Source: Mytilus trossulus (taxonomy: Eukaryota). From it: a stretch of 64,000 nt of DNA. Every line of letters begins with the position of its first letter. Within the stretch, counting starts at the first letter, position 1. The notes under the pieces are model-generated. The model searched no databases. It was not told where the DNA came from and saw only the letters and a program-made list of their open reading frames with translations. Below are positions 1-14,110 of this stretch, in pieces. Position numbers and translations under genes: made by a program. The stretch lies in the NCBI RefSeq assembly GCF_036588685.1, contig NC_086380.1, positions 79,670,001 to 79,734,000 of the forward strand. The letters run 5' to 3'.

Positions 1-15
1 TTAGGTTGTAATGAC

Positions 16-504
16 TTGAGTAGAAACAAGCACGACAGTGATCAGGTGAATGTGTACGCAACACAGGCTATTGTCAAAGTTAAACAAGCATTTCCGAATG
101 CAGATATTGGTGTGTGTGGTATTATTCCAAGAAAAGGTAACAGTAACCACATTCACACAGTCAATGAAACAGCTACACATATTAATAAATTCTTGGAAAA
201 ATTGTGTCTCAAAGATGAAATGCTGACCTATATTGATGTAGAAAATATCTTCATAAAAAATGGAAACGTGGTTAAGGCGTATTACGATAAAACAGATGCT
301 AGTGGAGTTCACATCACAATTGAAGGGGCCCAAACAATTCGTGTCAAACTACGTGAATTTCTTCACCCTAAGATGTCACCAAACCAGAACACTCCTCGTC
401 CTTGTGACACCAAGCGCAAACTTAGTAACATATCGCTGACGCCAATGTCTGCAGAGAAAGACAGTGAGCAAAGTAAACCAGGTTCCCCAGATGATTATGA
501 GTAA
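16..504 (+). CDS. Partial ORF, C-terminal part of an SGNH/GDSL-like esterase domain, possibly transposon-derived; 5' part lies outside the window or is disrupted
   Basis: GVCGIIPR...VNETATHINKFLEKLC...YIDVENIF...DASGVHITIEGAQTI resembles the C-terminal SGNH blocks (D-x-x-(x)-H then G). No convincing start codon. Confidence 0.45.
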   Translation: MSRNKHDSDQVNVYATQAIVKVKQAFPNADIGVCGIIPRKGNSNHIHTVNETATHINKFLEKLCLKDEMLTYIDVENIFIKNGNVVKAYYDKTDASGVHITIEGAQTIRVKLREFLHPKMSPNQNTPRPCDTKRKLSNISLTPMSAEKDSEQSKPGSPDDYE

Positions 505-1563
505 CAATACACAAACCGAAATTTGCTATTTGCTACTTTTTATGTAAACAAAATAAAAAAAAAATAAAAAGTCAAAATGGAGAAATCGATGGGTCTCTGC
601 GAAAACTGTTAAAATATGGAAAAATAAAGGTTGGCAGGTAGGTGAAACTTACATAAATGAAGAGATAAATGAAAAATGAACCGATTGATGTCCGATTTAT
701 ATAATTCCAATGCCCTCAGTCGGCACCAGAAGCGACGAAGCAGCGCATCTATTTTGGGTGGGCAAATGGTGGTCCCATGGCCTCAGCTTGTCTGGTAAAA
801 CAGCCGTCGGACGTCAGAGTAATCTCGGACTAATCTCAACCCTCCCCTATTCCTCAATGTAGAAAAAAGAAACACATAGCAATACGCACTATTAACAAAA
901 GCAAAATCACAATGATACATAAATCAACAAAGGACTACTAGCAGTTACTGACATGCCAGCTCCAGACCTCATTAGACTGATTGAAAGATTATGTCTTCAT
1001 CATATAAAAATCAAGTTCAATCTCTCCCGTTAGGGGTTTAGTATCATACTATCATAACTTGTATGGGATGAACATATTTACATGTATCATACCAACAACT
1101 GATTTTAGAATAATTGTGTGTTTTTCCGAAGCAAAGACCCTCTTAGCTATATAGTGAATCAATATTAATACCAAAATATTTCATCCTAAATGACCTGACA
1201 ACAGTATCGTAGCTATATCCTTACCTAATAAGTCTGTTTAGAGGTTATGTTAGCTTTTGGGGTGAATGCTGACATTTTTGTGCTTTGTAAAGAATATTGT
1301 TATAACATATTGGATGTGAAATGTCTAAGCGTATAAGATGTTTGCATGTTATGATACAGAACGAATGTGGTCAATGAATTGAAAAAAATAGAAATTGGAC
1401 TATTAAGGTCCAAAATCCAAAATGTATATATACATAGTTGGATTAAGCAAATCTAAGTACACCAATATATAATAATTTATTAATTTACTAATGGACAATA
1501 TTAGCGCAGGTTTTAAAAATGTTCCATAAAGGAATTAAAATTCAGCTGTACTTGATAGGAAAG

Positions 1564-1722
1564 AAACTCATCATAGATACCAGGACTTAATTTAGTATAT
1601 ACGTCAGACGCGCGTGTTTTCTACAAAAGACTCATCAGTGACGCTCAAATCCCCCCCCCCCCCCCCCCCCAAAAAAAAAGAATTAAAAAGGCCAAATAAA
1701 GTACGAAGTTGAAGAGCATTGA
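1564..1722 (-). repeat. Dispersed repeat carrying a degenerate minimal hammerhead ribozyme motif
   Basis: Reverse complement of 1601-1646 is gagcgtca-CTGATGA-gtcttttgtagaaaac-acgcgcGTC-tgacgt. Same family at ~12220-12352, 25154-25230, 58605-58745, 60200-60300, 62485-62575 and 63120-63230. Confidence 0.7.
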
Positions 1723-3199
1723 AACCTTCCATTACATTAATTTATATGTTTTTGTGGTTGAATATCGTTACATTGTACAAGTGGGATACATATACGTATG
1801 TATGGTAGCGGGGATGTATTTGTCATCAGGTAAATTATGATTAAATGTTTAAACATATTGTGACTTTCGGTGATAGGAAAAGGTAGGAAACTCATTTTCT
1901 TGAAAATGTTCACCTGTTAGCATTAGGGAATCTGGAATGATGATTAATAATTTAGCAATTTTAGAAAAAATGATATAGAGGAATGGAAATGCAGAATAAA
2001 ATTATATATCAGAATTAAAACTATTGCCTATCTATAATATAAAGAACTGAAATTTTGGCAAAATAGGATAATAATAATATGGAATGAAATTGTGGCATGC
2101 AATTGAAATTGTGTTTTATGTGTTGTAATTCCAAGTGTTTTGGATTTTATTTTCATTATGTTGGCAAATTTGTGGTTAGAGTGATATCAAAAGGTGACAT
2201 AAATGTTGTGTTTTAATACATTCAATTGGGTTTGTGTTATTTCCCTTTGAAGGGAAATGTGAATAACTATATGGAGAAAATTGTGTTTTAGTTTTAAAGT
2301 GGATAAAGTTAAAATTATTGTTTGAGAGATGTGATATATTGTAAAGAGAATGCTATTTTTATTTCAGTTTCAAATCAAATTTCTACCAGACTAATAATCT
2401 GAATTAATAATTACTGATAACAATTACCATGATAGCAAAATTCTTAGTTACATTTTAAAATGAAACGATAGCAACCAACTGCATATTACTGTAAGATAAG
2501 ACATACTTAATAAGCTAAAACATTGTAAGCGAGGTAACTCCTAATGTTAAACAAAACCCAAACAACAAGCAACAAATAAAATAACAAAAACACCAAACTC
2601 TAAGGTAAAATTCAAAACGGAAAGTCCTTGGCAAAATGAAAAACTGAAACACATCTAACCAATAGAAAACAACTGTTATACTCCTGACTTGGTACAACAT
2701 GCAAACGAAAAGCAACTTATATCTTAATAATTATTCTGAAGTTTAGAAAATAATTATTTGGAATATCTCAATCCAAGTACAGAGAAAGAAGGAAACTGTA
2801 GCCATCTCATTATAAAAAATCAAGCCAAATTTCACAGAACTCTTGACGATATGCTACTAATATCCAACTTAGGCGGGATATTACTAATAAACGAAGATGA
2901 TAACTTTGTTTTGGGTAGAAATAAATAGAAATTAAATAAATTCATAATTTGGTTCAATAAGAAGACTTTTCGCGCAAATAGCAAAACTTAGATTGCATGA
3001 ACTTACGAAGATCAAACAGGAAACTGGCTCGGACGTTGCCCAGTATAAAAAGGTCCGAAACAGACGTTCACCATGGACACGGTGTCGTCTGATATGGCAG
3101 GTGTCCCCTTATCACCAGACATGACAAAATGACTTATTCAGATCTTCTTTCTAGTGAAAATAGCAATATTACACATATACAGCCATGTTCAGTTTCCTT

Positions 3200-6100
3200 A
3201 CAGACATTTTGATTTTGATGACTCAGAACAACACTGTCGCATTTCGAAATGTAAGACCAATAAAGGCTGCAAAACTTATGAATTTTTTATAACAAATGCT
3301 GAATTCAATAGCAATTTAACATTAAGTCATATTTTACCAGAAGTTACGATGATCTGAATTGTAACTCGATTAATGTCGTCTACGGATTAGAGTGCAACCT
3401 TTGCGGATTGGTAAACAAACGTATGTGCAGTCATAGATCAGACATATAAACCTCAATGCTAATTACGACATTCCTTACCAGTATTTCAACCAGCCCGATC
3501 ATTTCATTTTTTTCTATGACAGTGCGCAGTATCGAAAAAAATATACCATAGTTCCAACAATCCTTATCTTGCAACTCCTCTCCGTAGACAAAAAGAGGAC
3601 TACTGGATAAAACAATTGGGAACTGCGACACCATATGGTTGCAATGACAAAATTTATGGTATAGGTATTCTATATAGTCCTTCGTGTAGTTCGGTGAATA
3701 TGATGAATATTTTAAACTTTACTCTTCGACGTAGACGCAGTCATGATCATCGTCATTACACATCAACTACTCTGCTTGATGTATCTATTAATGACTTGCT
3801 GCCATTTATACAAAAGCCGTTAAGTATTCATCACATTCGCACGAAACTTTATTCATTACCCCTTTCAAAACTTCATTCTCTGTTCAATTTATGTTTGAAA
3901 ACCAATGTTACAAACCCTCATGTAAACCAATGCAAACTTACAGCTATAATTTCAGATATTGCAAGTCACAGACTTTTCAAGACAATCGGCATAGGAAAAG
4001 ATGAAAAAGAGAAAAAGATATTTCTTTAATCTTTCCCTTGCCAACAAAGGTCTCGATGGCGTCAACTAAGGCAATATCCTTCATCATAAACTAGTTCAAT
4101 CGAAAATACTTCCTTATTTCAAAGACCAGTCTGAACCAATCATTTCTTATACCTTTACCAAACCTATTGCAACTAAAATTTTCATTTACAAACACGTTTT
4201 GCAGGATCTCATGATGGACGACTTCAAGTCAGAACCTCCAGATTGCACTTGTGCTAGTTCCCAATTCACAAATAATTCACATGGCCACGTTATTACCGGC
4301 GACCTCAACATTGTTAATAACACTTCTCTACGAAACGTGTTATCGAAAGGTCCAAAATACCATGAGCCGAAATCCATCAATTGGAAATACAACTTTAAAA
4401 TTTTGATGGATTCAGTCGAGGATTATGCTAGCGACTGGGCTAAGCGTGAGAAGGAATACGTAGACACTCTTTCCGAATGAATTAAGGCAGTGAGGTCATT
4501 GGTAGAAATAAGAATTAAGAAACTAATGGGTCTATAAATGCCCATACTACGTCAATCTTTAAAGACCCTAATGTTGCAAAACACTTATCCTACCTTCATG
4601 ACAAATATGTTGTTGTCCCCGAAGATAAAGCCACAAACAATATATACATTTTAACTACTTGATAAACGAATAAGGTACTGACAATTCTGACAATTCACTT
4701 GGAAACCCAACATATACCCTCACGACACTTACCAAAGATAAGAAAGCCTGGATAATCATGGGTCTGTTCTATGTTCCTTTGGAATTTCAACCATAGATGA
4801 TGAACTGGATCTTCCATCACTGTATTGGATACCATACCACATAAGTGTCCTTACAAACAGCGGTGTATTGTCTTCCAAGTGCTCCACGAAACCTCCTTTT
4901 AAATTATTAACATATATTTTATCAGCAATCAAAAACGGGCTTCACAGTTATTGTAAAATTGCCTATTCTAGAGGTTGCATGAATCAGATGCGGATACATA
5001 ATAATTCCAAAGATCTTTTAGAGTACATAGAATCTAACTGTCTTTTATCTTGTAATATTATTAAAACATTTGACATTTCTACACTTTATGCAAATATTCC
5101 ACATTCCAAACTAAAAGGCAAATTGAAGATGTTTGTTTCATAAAAAAAGAATGGCCATCGAAGATACAAGTATCTTGTCTTAGGAAGGGATACATCCTAC
5201 TTTATAAAGGATCACTCTGATTTAAACAAAAAAATCACTGAAACTGACATTATCAAGATGCTTGATTTCTTGATCAACAACATATTTGTTACATTCGGAG
5301 GACATGTTTTTCAACAGACTATCGGCATTCCAATGGGAACGAATTGTGCCCCTCTTCTTGCCGACTTGTTCCTTTATTATAATGAGGCTGACGTCATACA
5401 GGAACTCTTAGGAAGAAATATAAGACGTTAGCAATATCCTTTAACTCTACTTTCCGCTATATAGAAGCTGTTCTTTCACTAAATATTTCAAAATTTTGTG
5501 ACTATGTCGAACGCATCTATCCTATTGAACTAGAGATAAGGGATACAACAGATATAGTTAAGTCGGCCACATATCTTGACTCACATCTAAAAATTGACCA
5601 TGAGGGTCGATTGAAACAAAACTTTACGACATAAGAGATGATTTCAGCTTTCCAAGTGTGAACGTTCCATTTCTAAATAGCAACATTCCTGCAGCACCTG
5701 CATACGGTGTATATATCTCCCAATTGATACGATATTCCCGTGCTTGCATTTCCTCTCATGATTTTCATGATAGAGGGTTGTTGCTCACAAGGAAGCTATC
5801 AAATTAAGGGTTCCACATTTTACGGACGCCATCACGAGTTGGTTGACCGTTATGGAATTATCGTTTCACAAATGATATCGGATATGTTCCTTACTTCGTA
5901 ACTATAATCGCATTTCCTATCATAAATATGACCTATCGAATTAGACTATTTACCGGATTTGTTATCTCATAAGCAACACGACGGGTGCCACATGTGGAGC
6001 AGAATCTGTTTACCCTTCCGGAGCACCTGCGATCATCTCAAGTTTTTGGTGGGGTTCGTGTTGTTTATTCTTTAGTTTTCTATGTTGTGTCATGTGCACT

Positions 6101-6205
6101 ATTGTTTGTCTGTTTGTCCTTGTCGTCTTTAGCCATGGCGTTGTCAGTTTTTTTCCCGAATTATGAGTTTGACTGTTCCTCTGGTATCTTTCGTCCGTCA
6201 TTTAT
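3200..6205 (+). mobile_element. Decayed Penelope-like retroelement with GIY-YIG endonuclease upstream of the RT (Naiad/Chlamys-type order)
   Basis: Frameshifted fragments in order: CRISKCKT, CNSINVVYGLECNLCGLV (~3360-3415), RRQKEDYWIKQLGTATPYGCND (~3580-3650), GHVITGDLNIV..LSKGPKY, TFDISTLYANIPH (~5065), QTIGIPMGTNCAPLLADLFLY (~5315), FRYIEA (decayed YIDD), NSNIPAAPAYGVYISQLIRYSRAC (~5680-5750). Many stops and frameshifts. Confidence 0.85.
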
Positions 6206-6665
6206 ACCTATAGCTTTGAAAGTTATGTTGCTCAGAAGTGGCATTGGCTAACATAAGTTGAAGCGCAAATGAGTTAATTTTTGAACAAAAAGATATCACC
6301 TCTTCATACAGGCATTTCACTACGCAGTATATTGTAGATTATACACCTGATTTTATAGCGAGCTAAACCTCCTACTTGTGTGACAGTCGCAGTGGATTCC
6401 ATTATATTGACAACGATGTGTGGGCAATTAAACACAGTGATACAATATAAGCATTCAGCAAAGCAAACACTCCATAATTCAGTTTTTAATTTTGTTCAAA
6501 TCAAAATTATTTTGTTAACCTTTGGACCAATTTCAAAATAGACCCAAAATTAAAAGTCTAATTTAGACCTCAGTATATGGAATCAATATAATTTTAATTT
6601 TGCATCCTTCTTCGGGCGCACTAAAAACCACGGTCCAAAATCAAAGGTCTGTTTACACGGTAGGG

Positions 6666-7112
6666 TTAAGGTTGCAGTCTGGTAATTGACTGCTCCATAG
6701 GCTTACATGCGAAACAGCTCATCTTAGAAAAAAAAGCTACATACAAAAAAAATTCATGTTCATATCATGTATGTACAAATGTGAAATTGGAATTTAATAG
6801 AGAAAAAAGTGGTTCATGCCACGAAGAATAAAAAGTCACGTAACCCTGAAGTCAAAACATTTGTATCTACTTTCTGTTTTCTGTTTTAACTAGGCCGCGC
6901 CACTTTCAGTTAAAATGATATCCTTCCATTTTCTTGAAATGCTATCCCCCAAAAGATGATAGATTTTTTTGAAATCTATATTTATGTTTCAATTCAGCAT
7001 AAACCTATAATCAAACAGAAATAATTGAGTCCAGTAAAAACATCAGAAACATGGATTGTTTTGTTTCTCTCCATGTTTGCACCGGAAACTGGAGTTGTAA
7101 TACAAGACTGTA
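6666..7112. mobile_element. TTAA-flanked non-autonomous TIR element (Kolobok-like), copy 1
   Basis: Starts ttaa|ggttgcagtctggtaattgactgctccataggcttacatgc and aligns over its length, inverted, to 14111-14583. Confidence 0.65.
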
Positions 7113-8120
7113 ATGAGTATAACACGTTGATTGGTTTTACCACTTCTTAGCACCTTATTCCTAAGCAGACACGTTCATATCTCTTTCATTCAATCAAACC
7201 TTCCTTTGATGAAGCAGTTAGCTTATGGTACAATTTCGTTAAAATCAAATTTTGTTACATAAACAAGTAAATCGAACAAGTTGAGATAGTATTATACACA
7301 CCTTCACTATACTTAAGACCAGTACTGGTACTGTAGGGTGCAATTATATGCTGACATGAGTATATCTTTGACCGTAAATGTTTTGTTTCTAAACTGTACA
7401 ATTTGGATTAAATTTGTTTATTGATAAAGGCCATACGTTCCCATATAATTTGTTTACAGCATCCTTCTTTTGTCCTGGAAGGTTTCTTTTTTGCACTAAA
7501 AATGTCCTTGAGGAATATTAAGTCTTTTCAGTTAAAAAAACACAAGTATCTCCAAGTTTTTAACATGTATAAAATTATTTGTCCGTGCGTAAAACTTTAA
7601 AATAATTTGATAAAAATAAACAACGACATTTGTACAGGATGTATATTAGTAAAGCTACATCCTTTGGTTATTAACTTTTTTCCAATGTTACTTTTCTGCG
7701 TCTTATTTTGTTGTTTTAAACATGTTTATAATATAATTTTTACTAATTTTGTTACTGTTAGCATAAAAACTACGATATGAAGTTTGTTTGATGAATGTGG
7801 TTTAAAATATTTTGTGCGTATTTCCTGTCTGAATAAGCTTGATAAATAGTCGGTACTTATCAGTTGGAAAGTAAAACACTGTAAAGCACCACTTGGATCA
7901 GGCAAGTAACACAAAATATACTTTAAAATATCTAGGTTAACACCATCGAGATCAAGCTTACACAAACTTAAAAGATGAGTTTATTTAAATTCAAATACTT
8001 TGAACAAACAAAATCGAAGCATTTAATACACTCATAACTTGAATGTTGTGTCTTGAAGTTAGTTGTATATTATTTTTTTTAGATTTACCGTAGAAAGTAA
8101 TTCTGCATACTGACTTTAAA

Positions 8121-11100
8121 ATGGAAATTAAAATTCTGTTGTTTTGCATTGCTATGGCATTGAACACTGTTTTAGGAGGTAATTATAAACACTTATCATT
8201 TTTTTTCAATTTAATAAAGTGAACACAATATTTGAAATTTGAGTATGGTTTTAAACAGATGATGCATAATGAGGCAATGCCATGTTATAAATTATTCAAA
8301 TGCAGGTTCAATTACTTTCAATGTAATTAATAAGTAAATTCAACATAGATACCAGGATAAAATTACAATTATTTTGTCATTTGTACGATTAAATTAAATT
8401 ATTGATTAAATCATTTCTGAAAGTGTCTAAATAAATTATAATGATTACATTGGCAAATTAATCATGATTACACCTGATTACAATGAATTAAAACAAAAAC
8501 ACATTTTGAATGATTAAGGTTTAATAAAACCATACCACTCCTTTAATAGAAAGGATTTTATTTATATATTTTAAAATAACTACTTCAGAATCCATCTATT
8601 TAATAAACCGAAAAAGTACATAACATACAAAAATGAACATTGTGTCACCAACTTTTTCATCAATGATTTGGGATTTTTGCTAACTTCAATTGCATATGGC
8701 TTTATAAAGAGTTTGCTGTTTTTCTTCTGACCTCTTACAGACATTATATGTATTCCAAGTGCAGTTTTAATGGAATTTAGAATATGGATGAAATAAAATT
8801 ACCAGATAAAAACTATGTACAATTTTGATACAATTGTTTAAACAAATTGTAAACAAAATACAAGTAATATAATTCAATGCATTTGGCTTTCTACGGTCAA
8901 GTCTAAGTACATACACACATTTGCTTATTTTAAAGAAGATGTTTGTCCAACTTTTAATTTAGTTTGTGTTAATTGGATAAATTTTCAGATGTCTGATTAA
9001 TATTTTATTTTATAAATATTGTCCTACAGCTATACTTGATTTGAAATTGCAATAAAAACAAACCTTATTTTGTTTCCTACCTGTCAATTTAAAGTTGACA
9101 AAAATTACAATTTAACAAAAGATTAAAATTCAGGGTAAAAAAAAGTATTATATTACTTGATTATAACAATTTTTTTTTTATCAAATATATATATATATAT
9201 ATGTACATCTTTAAATTGAGAATATATTTACAATATATTTTACTAAGGCTGGAGACATAAAATTGTATTATACGTCTCTTTGTAGGCTTATGATGACTTT
9301 TCAATACTGTAACAGTTTATTTTTTTACTGAAGTAAACATATCAATTTACATGCTTTATAAAGTAAACCAAACGATCTGTACTTGTTAAATATTTATTAA
9401 ATAAGAATAACAACGAGGTTCATTTATTGACCATAAACACAGTTCTAAAAAAAAATCCCTTGTTATCAGAATGTAATAAAAAAATAACCAGCATTACATT
9501 TTGAAAAGTAATTGATTAAATTAAATTACATGTTATCAGATTTTTGGCTGATTAATTATTACAATGATTGCATGAACAATTGTAATCAATTAAAGCTCAT
9601 GCACTTGGCCTGAAAAAAACGTGACAACAAGTGACTTATATAAGGTTTGAAACTTAATACTAAGATCGTATAATATATGTATAATGGATTATCCTGCAAT
9701 CATCCAACTATTGAACAAAACACAGGTATACAAATAATGTTTTGCTTTATTTGTACTTGTACAAATAAAGTCTCCTGTTACCCAACTTCCACGTTGAGCA
9801 AGTGGTAATATAAATATTTCTGTTTCCTAACAAGTTCATTTGGGGTCCTCTTCGCGGTCAGTGTTTCACCTAAGTCGGTTTCTCTGAGAAATTAGAGACA
9901 ATGATTTGATTTAATAACTAAAGTTTCAAGCGTTGGGAGTAATTTCAGGACACACACAATATATGTACATTGTCTGAAAATATACATATATTGTATATTG
10001 GAAAGTTTGATGATAATGTGTGTGTGCGTGCTACTTATACAATTTCGAATTTTAATTCTTAGTAGTAGCTAGTGATTGTTGATATATTATAGTACACAAC
10101 AACAACAACACCAATTTAACAAAATGTTTTCTTTTAGAATATTTTTATGGCTTGATATTTATGTTTTAAATTGTAAATGCATACTAGAAAAAAGCATATA
10201 AACCAAAGAAATAAAAAGAACAAAATAAGATTGTATACATTCCAATAGAAGAGGGACGAAAGACACCAAAGGGACAGTCAAACTCGTAAATCTAAAACAA
10301 ACTGACAACGCCATGGCTAAAAATGAAAAGACAAACAGCAAAACAATAGTACACATGACACAACATAGAAAACTAAAGAATAAACAACACGAACCCCACC
10401 AAAAACTAGGGGTGATCTCAGGTGCTCCGGAAGGGTAAGCAGATCCTGCTCCACATGCGGCACTAAAAGTAAGACGACGTTTTCTAAAAGTAAGACGACT
10501 AAAATATCTTCTCACCTTTGAGTTAATTAAAGTTTTGTTTATTTTTGTTTATAGATAATTGCAAATCACCTTATGTGAGGGTAGGAGATGGTTGTTACTT
10601 CATCAGTAATGACATGGTGTCTGGGGATGAAGCATTTGTACGTATGAAAAACTAACCAACAGTACTAATGTATCTTCCTTTCAAATTCACTGACCTTTAA
10701 GGTTGAATTCAAACGTAACTTTACAAGCATTGATCATGGATAGATAATAGTATATTAACGCGCTGGTCATGCGTAAAATTGGTGTCTTAGACTAGTCGTA
10801 GATTATTTTTGTGTTTATATGAATCCCATTATAATGAATTGTTTTTTCTTTCAATTATGTGATTTTATGTCCACGTGGAAATTTTGTGGATGACATGTTA
10901 TAAACCATACCTTTTAAATACTATTATATTAAGGCATACGTCAAGAAACGTTATGTTGGGCATTACGAATCTCAAGGGAAACAATCCAGTGTCAACAACG
11001 ACTCTTACAGAAAACAGAACAAAAAGCAATTTTTTGATATCGTATATAATCAAACATTAATAAAATCGACCTCTTAGAAGACGTGTTGTGTAACATTTTT

Positions 11101-12894
11101 ATTGATACAGACAAAGATATTGGTCATTGTTGTCAAACGGTGGCCTTCAGTTGTTAAATTTAATGTCACATGTTCTCTGGTTTAAAGTTGTATCACTGAT
11201 ACTAATAGCACATCTTCTATAAATCATTTTAAAAATGTCCAATCAACATCGTGTTTCTAAATGTGCACCTTACCATTTATTTACTAGATTGTTTCTGCAT
11301 ATTTATGATGTAGGATCAACATACTCGTTCTAAGCATCCTGTGTACCTGTAAACATTTCCCCCTGAAATGGTTTAGTATATTTAAATGAAAAAAAATATA
11401 CAAGGCTTACAAATCATAAAGACACTCACTACCTATAAAAAAAGGAATGAAAAGGAAAATCCTGCAAACATACAGCACTTGATGTCGTTTAATCTCGCAA
11501 CTAATATATGGGCATGTCACAGGCGATGGACCTCATTTGTTGTTATGTTTATAGCGTCTTTCAATTATTTAGTTGAAAAATTTATTATTTCATCTCCAAC
11601 GATGAAAACAACGCTCACGATTGAAATGATTAATTCTTTTCTAGTTCTTTAAATTATGTTAAACTAAAACTTTGTTGTACATTTACCTTGTATATAGGCA
11701 ATCTGTGCAAAGAGGGGTGCTTACCTGGCTAATTTTGAAACCCTTGAGGAAGCCATGATAATGAAAGCGGAACTTACGCAAAATAAATCAGGTAGGAAAA
11801 AACTAGTTACACACATAATGCACGCAAATATCCTACTAAGAAAAATAAATATAACTACTATAAATAACGGCAACAGTAGTATAACGATGTTCAAAACTTA
11901 ATGATCGATAGAAAAAAAAACAAATCCGTGTTACAAACCAAAACCGAGGGAAGCGCATCAAATATAAACGATAATTTGAACTTTAGTTTCTATACTTGAC
12001 TTAATAACTAGATTTGAATTCCTTTATCCAGATCTCTTGACAATGTCATGTTGTATAAAACATAGAAGGCTGTGTATTCATAAGGCCGGTTCCATACCCG
12101 GATTACTGTTTTAGTATTGTCAAAGGTGAAATTTGATAGATGGTATTGCAGATAATAAGAATAGTTGTTTACCTATAATATAAAAAACGAGTTAATGCAT
12201 TGTTTTGCTGGTTAATATTCTCTCTTCAACTTCGTACTTTATTTGGCCTTTTGAACTTTTTTGGATTCGAGCGTCACTGATGTGTCTTTTCTAGACGAAA
12301 CATGCGTCTGGCGTATATACAAAATTTGGTCCTGGTATCTATGATGAGTTTATTCTATATTGGTTTACTAATACATACGAAGGAAGAACGGAATGCAAAC
12401 CAGCTATAACTGAAACATCTGAAATACAAAATACTAAAAATCAACAGGAAAAAACACAATATGGTCTACTTTTATAAAAGAATAGATAATAAATACCGAT
12501 ATTCTTTAAGTATACAATGTATGAGTTACAATTGTATCATTATTATGCACTGACGTCTGAAGAATAAACCACGTGCTTTTTCAATTTTCATATCAAATAT
12601 TGAGATTTGTTCTGTTCGTTTGTTTTCTAAATTTGTCAATGTCAAACAGGTCTACACTATTACGTTGGAGGAAGAAATATAGATCGATATATTCCTGGTG
12701 GTGATTGGAGGTGGATTAGAAATGGACAGATGACAAAAATAGCATACAAAGCCTTCGGATCAGGACAACCGGATGGATCAAATGCATCACCACAAGATTG
12801 TATGTTCTTCTATGCTGCGGAAAGATATATATTCCATGATGTCTATTGTGATAATGGAAGCTATCGTGGAGGATACATTTGTGAGAAATATTGA
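8121..12894 (+). CDS. Secreted single-domain C-type lectin (perlucin-like, QPD motif), 4 coding exons
   Basis: Exons 8121-8178 (MEIKILLFCIAMALNTVLG, signal peptide), 10555-10637 (DNCKSPYVRVGDGCYFISNDMVSGDEAF), 11698-11791 (AICAKRGAYLANFETLEEAMIMKAELTQNKS), 12650-12894 (GLHYYVGG...WRW...GQPDG...QDCMFF...FHDVYCDNGSYRGGYICEKY*). All introns GT-AG with consistent phases; six long-form CTLD cysteines. Confidence 0.92.
10248..10462 (-). repeat. 3'-end fragment of the Penelope-like element family
   Basis: Reverse complement matches ~5985-6200 (ccacatgtggagcag...cccttccggagcacctg...gccatggcgttgtcagt...ctttcgtcc). Other copies at ~21830-22020, 45400-45520, 48755-48930, 52330-52680, 55670-55820 plus 57160-57255, and 57960-58070. 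Confidence 0.8.
12220..12352 (+). repeat. Hammerhead-bearing dispersed repeat in intron 3 of the lectin gene
   Basis: gagcgtcactgatgtgtcttttctagacgaaacatgcgtctggcg at 12269-12313. Confidence 0.7.
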
Positions 12895-13154
12895 GCCATT
12901 GAATTAACTTTCGTGTGTTCTTTCCAAATAAAATATGTTTGCTGATTTGTGTTTTATATATACATGTACACGTATTTGATTCAAAATTCTATGCTCCAAA
13001 CAGATATTATTTCTATAATATAATGTGTAATAGTAAAATCCAACTTGTAAATAGAGTTATGTTTAATTCAAGGCATAACACAAATACTTTTAAATATTAC
13101 TTTGATTATGTAATCCTTGGTAGAATTCCTGCCCTCCCATCTTTTGCAATGTAA

Positions 13155-13355
13155 TACTGTTGATTCATTTATTTTCTTGGTAACCAATTTTTGCGGATTA
13201 AGAGAAACTTGGATTTTCGTGGATATCTTATTCGTTCATATGGCGTTGTCTGCATTTAATCCTGTAGTTAATTTGTCATTTGTTGAACATTTAATTTCGT
13301 GGTTCACCTTTACCCACGAAGATTTGTAGCAAATTAATAATAATGAATTCACAGA
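13155..13355. mobile_element. TA-flanked MITE family (ta-ctgt...acag-ta); better copy at 44526-44737, another at ~58950-59200
   Basis: Shared tactgtggattca...ccaattt..gtggat left end and ccacgaaaat...acagta right end. Confidence 0.55.
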
Positions 13356-14110
13356 AATTGGTCTGAATTTTAAGAAGTCAATTTAATATACTCAGATGAA
13401 TGAGTTCAAATTACTTGTCGACAGGACTCATGGCGTGAATACAACACCCTAGTTTGCTGTTATGTTTGCCTTTATTAATTCTTAGTCAGATTTTAAGGAT
13501 ACAATCAATATTGTATATTATACCTGCACACAAGTAAAACAAATGATACGATAATTTTGATTGACATATTGAAAAAGCCGCATTCTAAGCCTACATATTC
13601 TAGTCGTTACTGTGAACTTGTATTGAAGCATTGCACAAGGTCATACATATCTTAGTTTCTCAGCGGCGAAATAACGCAGACCTTTGCGAAAGAACCCAAG
13701 CTTGTGCAAAATAACGCCAAAATTTGCGTTTTACTAAAAACATTTACCGTATCATATTATCATAAATTACCAACGATTTTACTGACTAAATAACCGAATT
13801 CCCGTGAATTAACTGGTCCTCTCACGACGTTTGTAAAAAGGTCCTTCCTTCTGTTCTCATTCAACAAAACAATACCGCGTACCTGCAACAATTATGAAAG
13901 ATTCAACATTCAAACCAAAACTAGTTATGCCATTATATTTTATTTATCTTACATAGTACTTCAATCAAAATGTTTGTAAAATGTTATCTGTGTACATTTT
14001 TTTACATCAACGCCTTCATTGCAGAACTAGGAGAATATTTCTTATAAAATAAGTATTTTATTATGGTGCAAAAAGATAAAATCACAACAATACTGAACTT
14101 TGAGAAAACG

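Noticed and set aside
5985-6251. Short hydrophobic ORFs (also 10159-10515, 21822-22097, 52300-52603)
   Set aside because: All are translations of the same non-coding retroelement 3' fragment.
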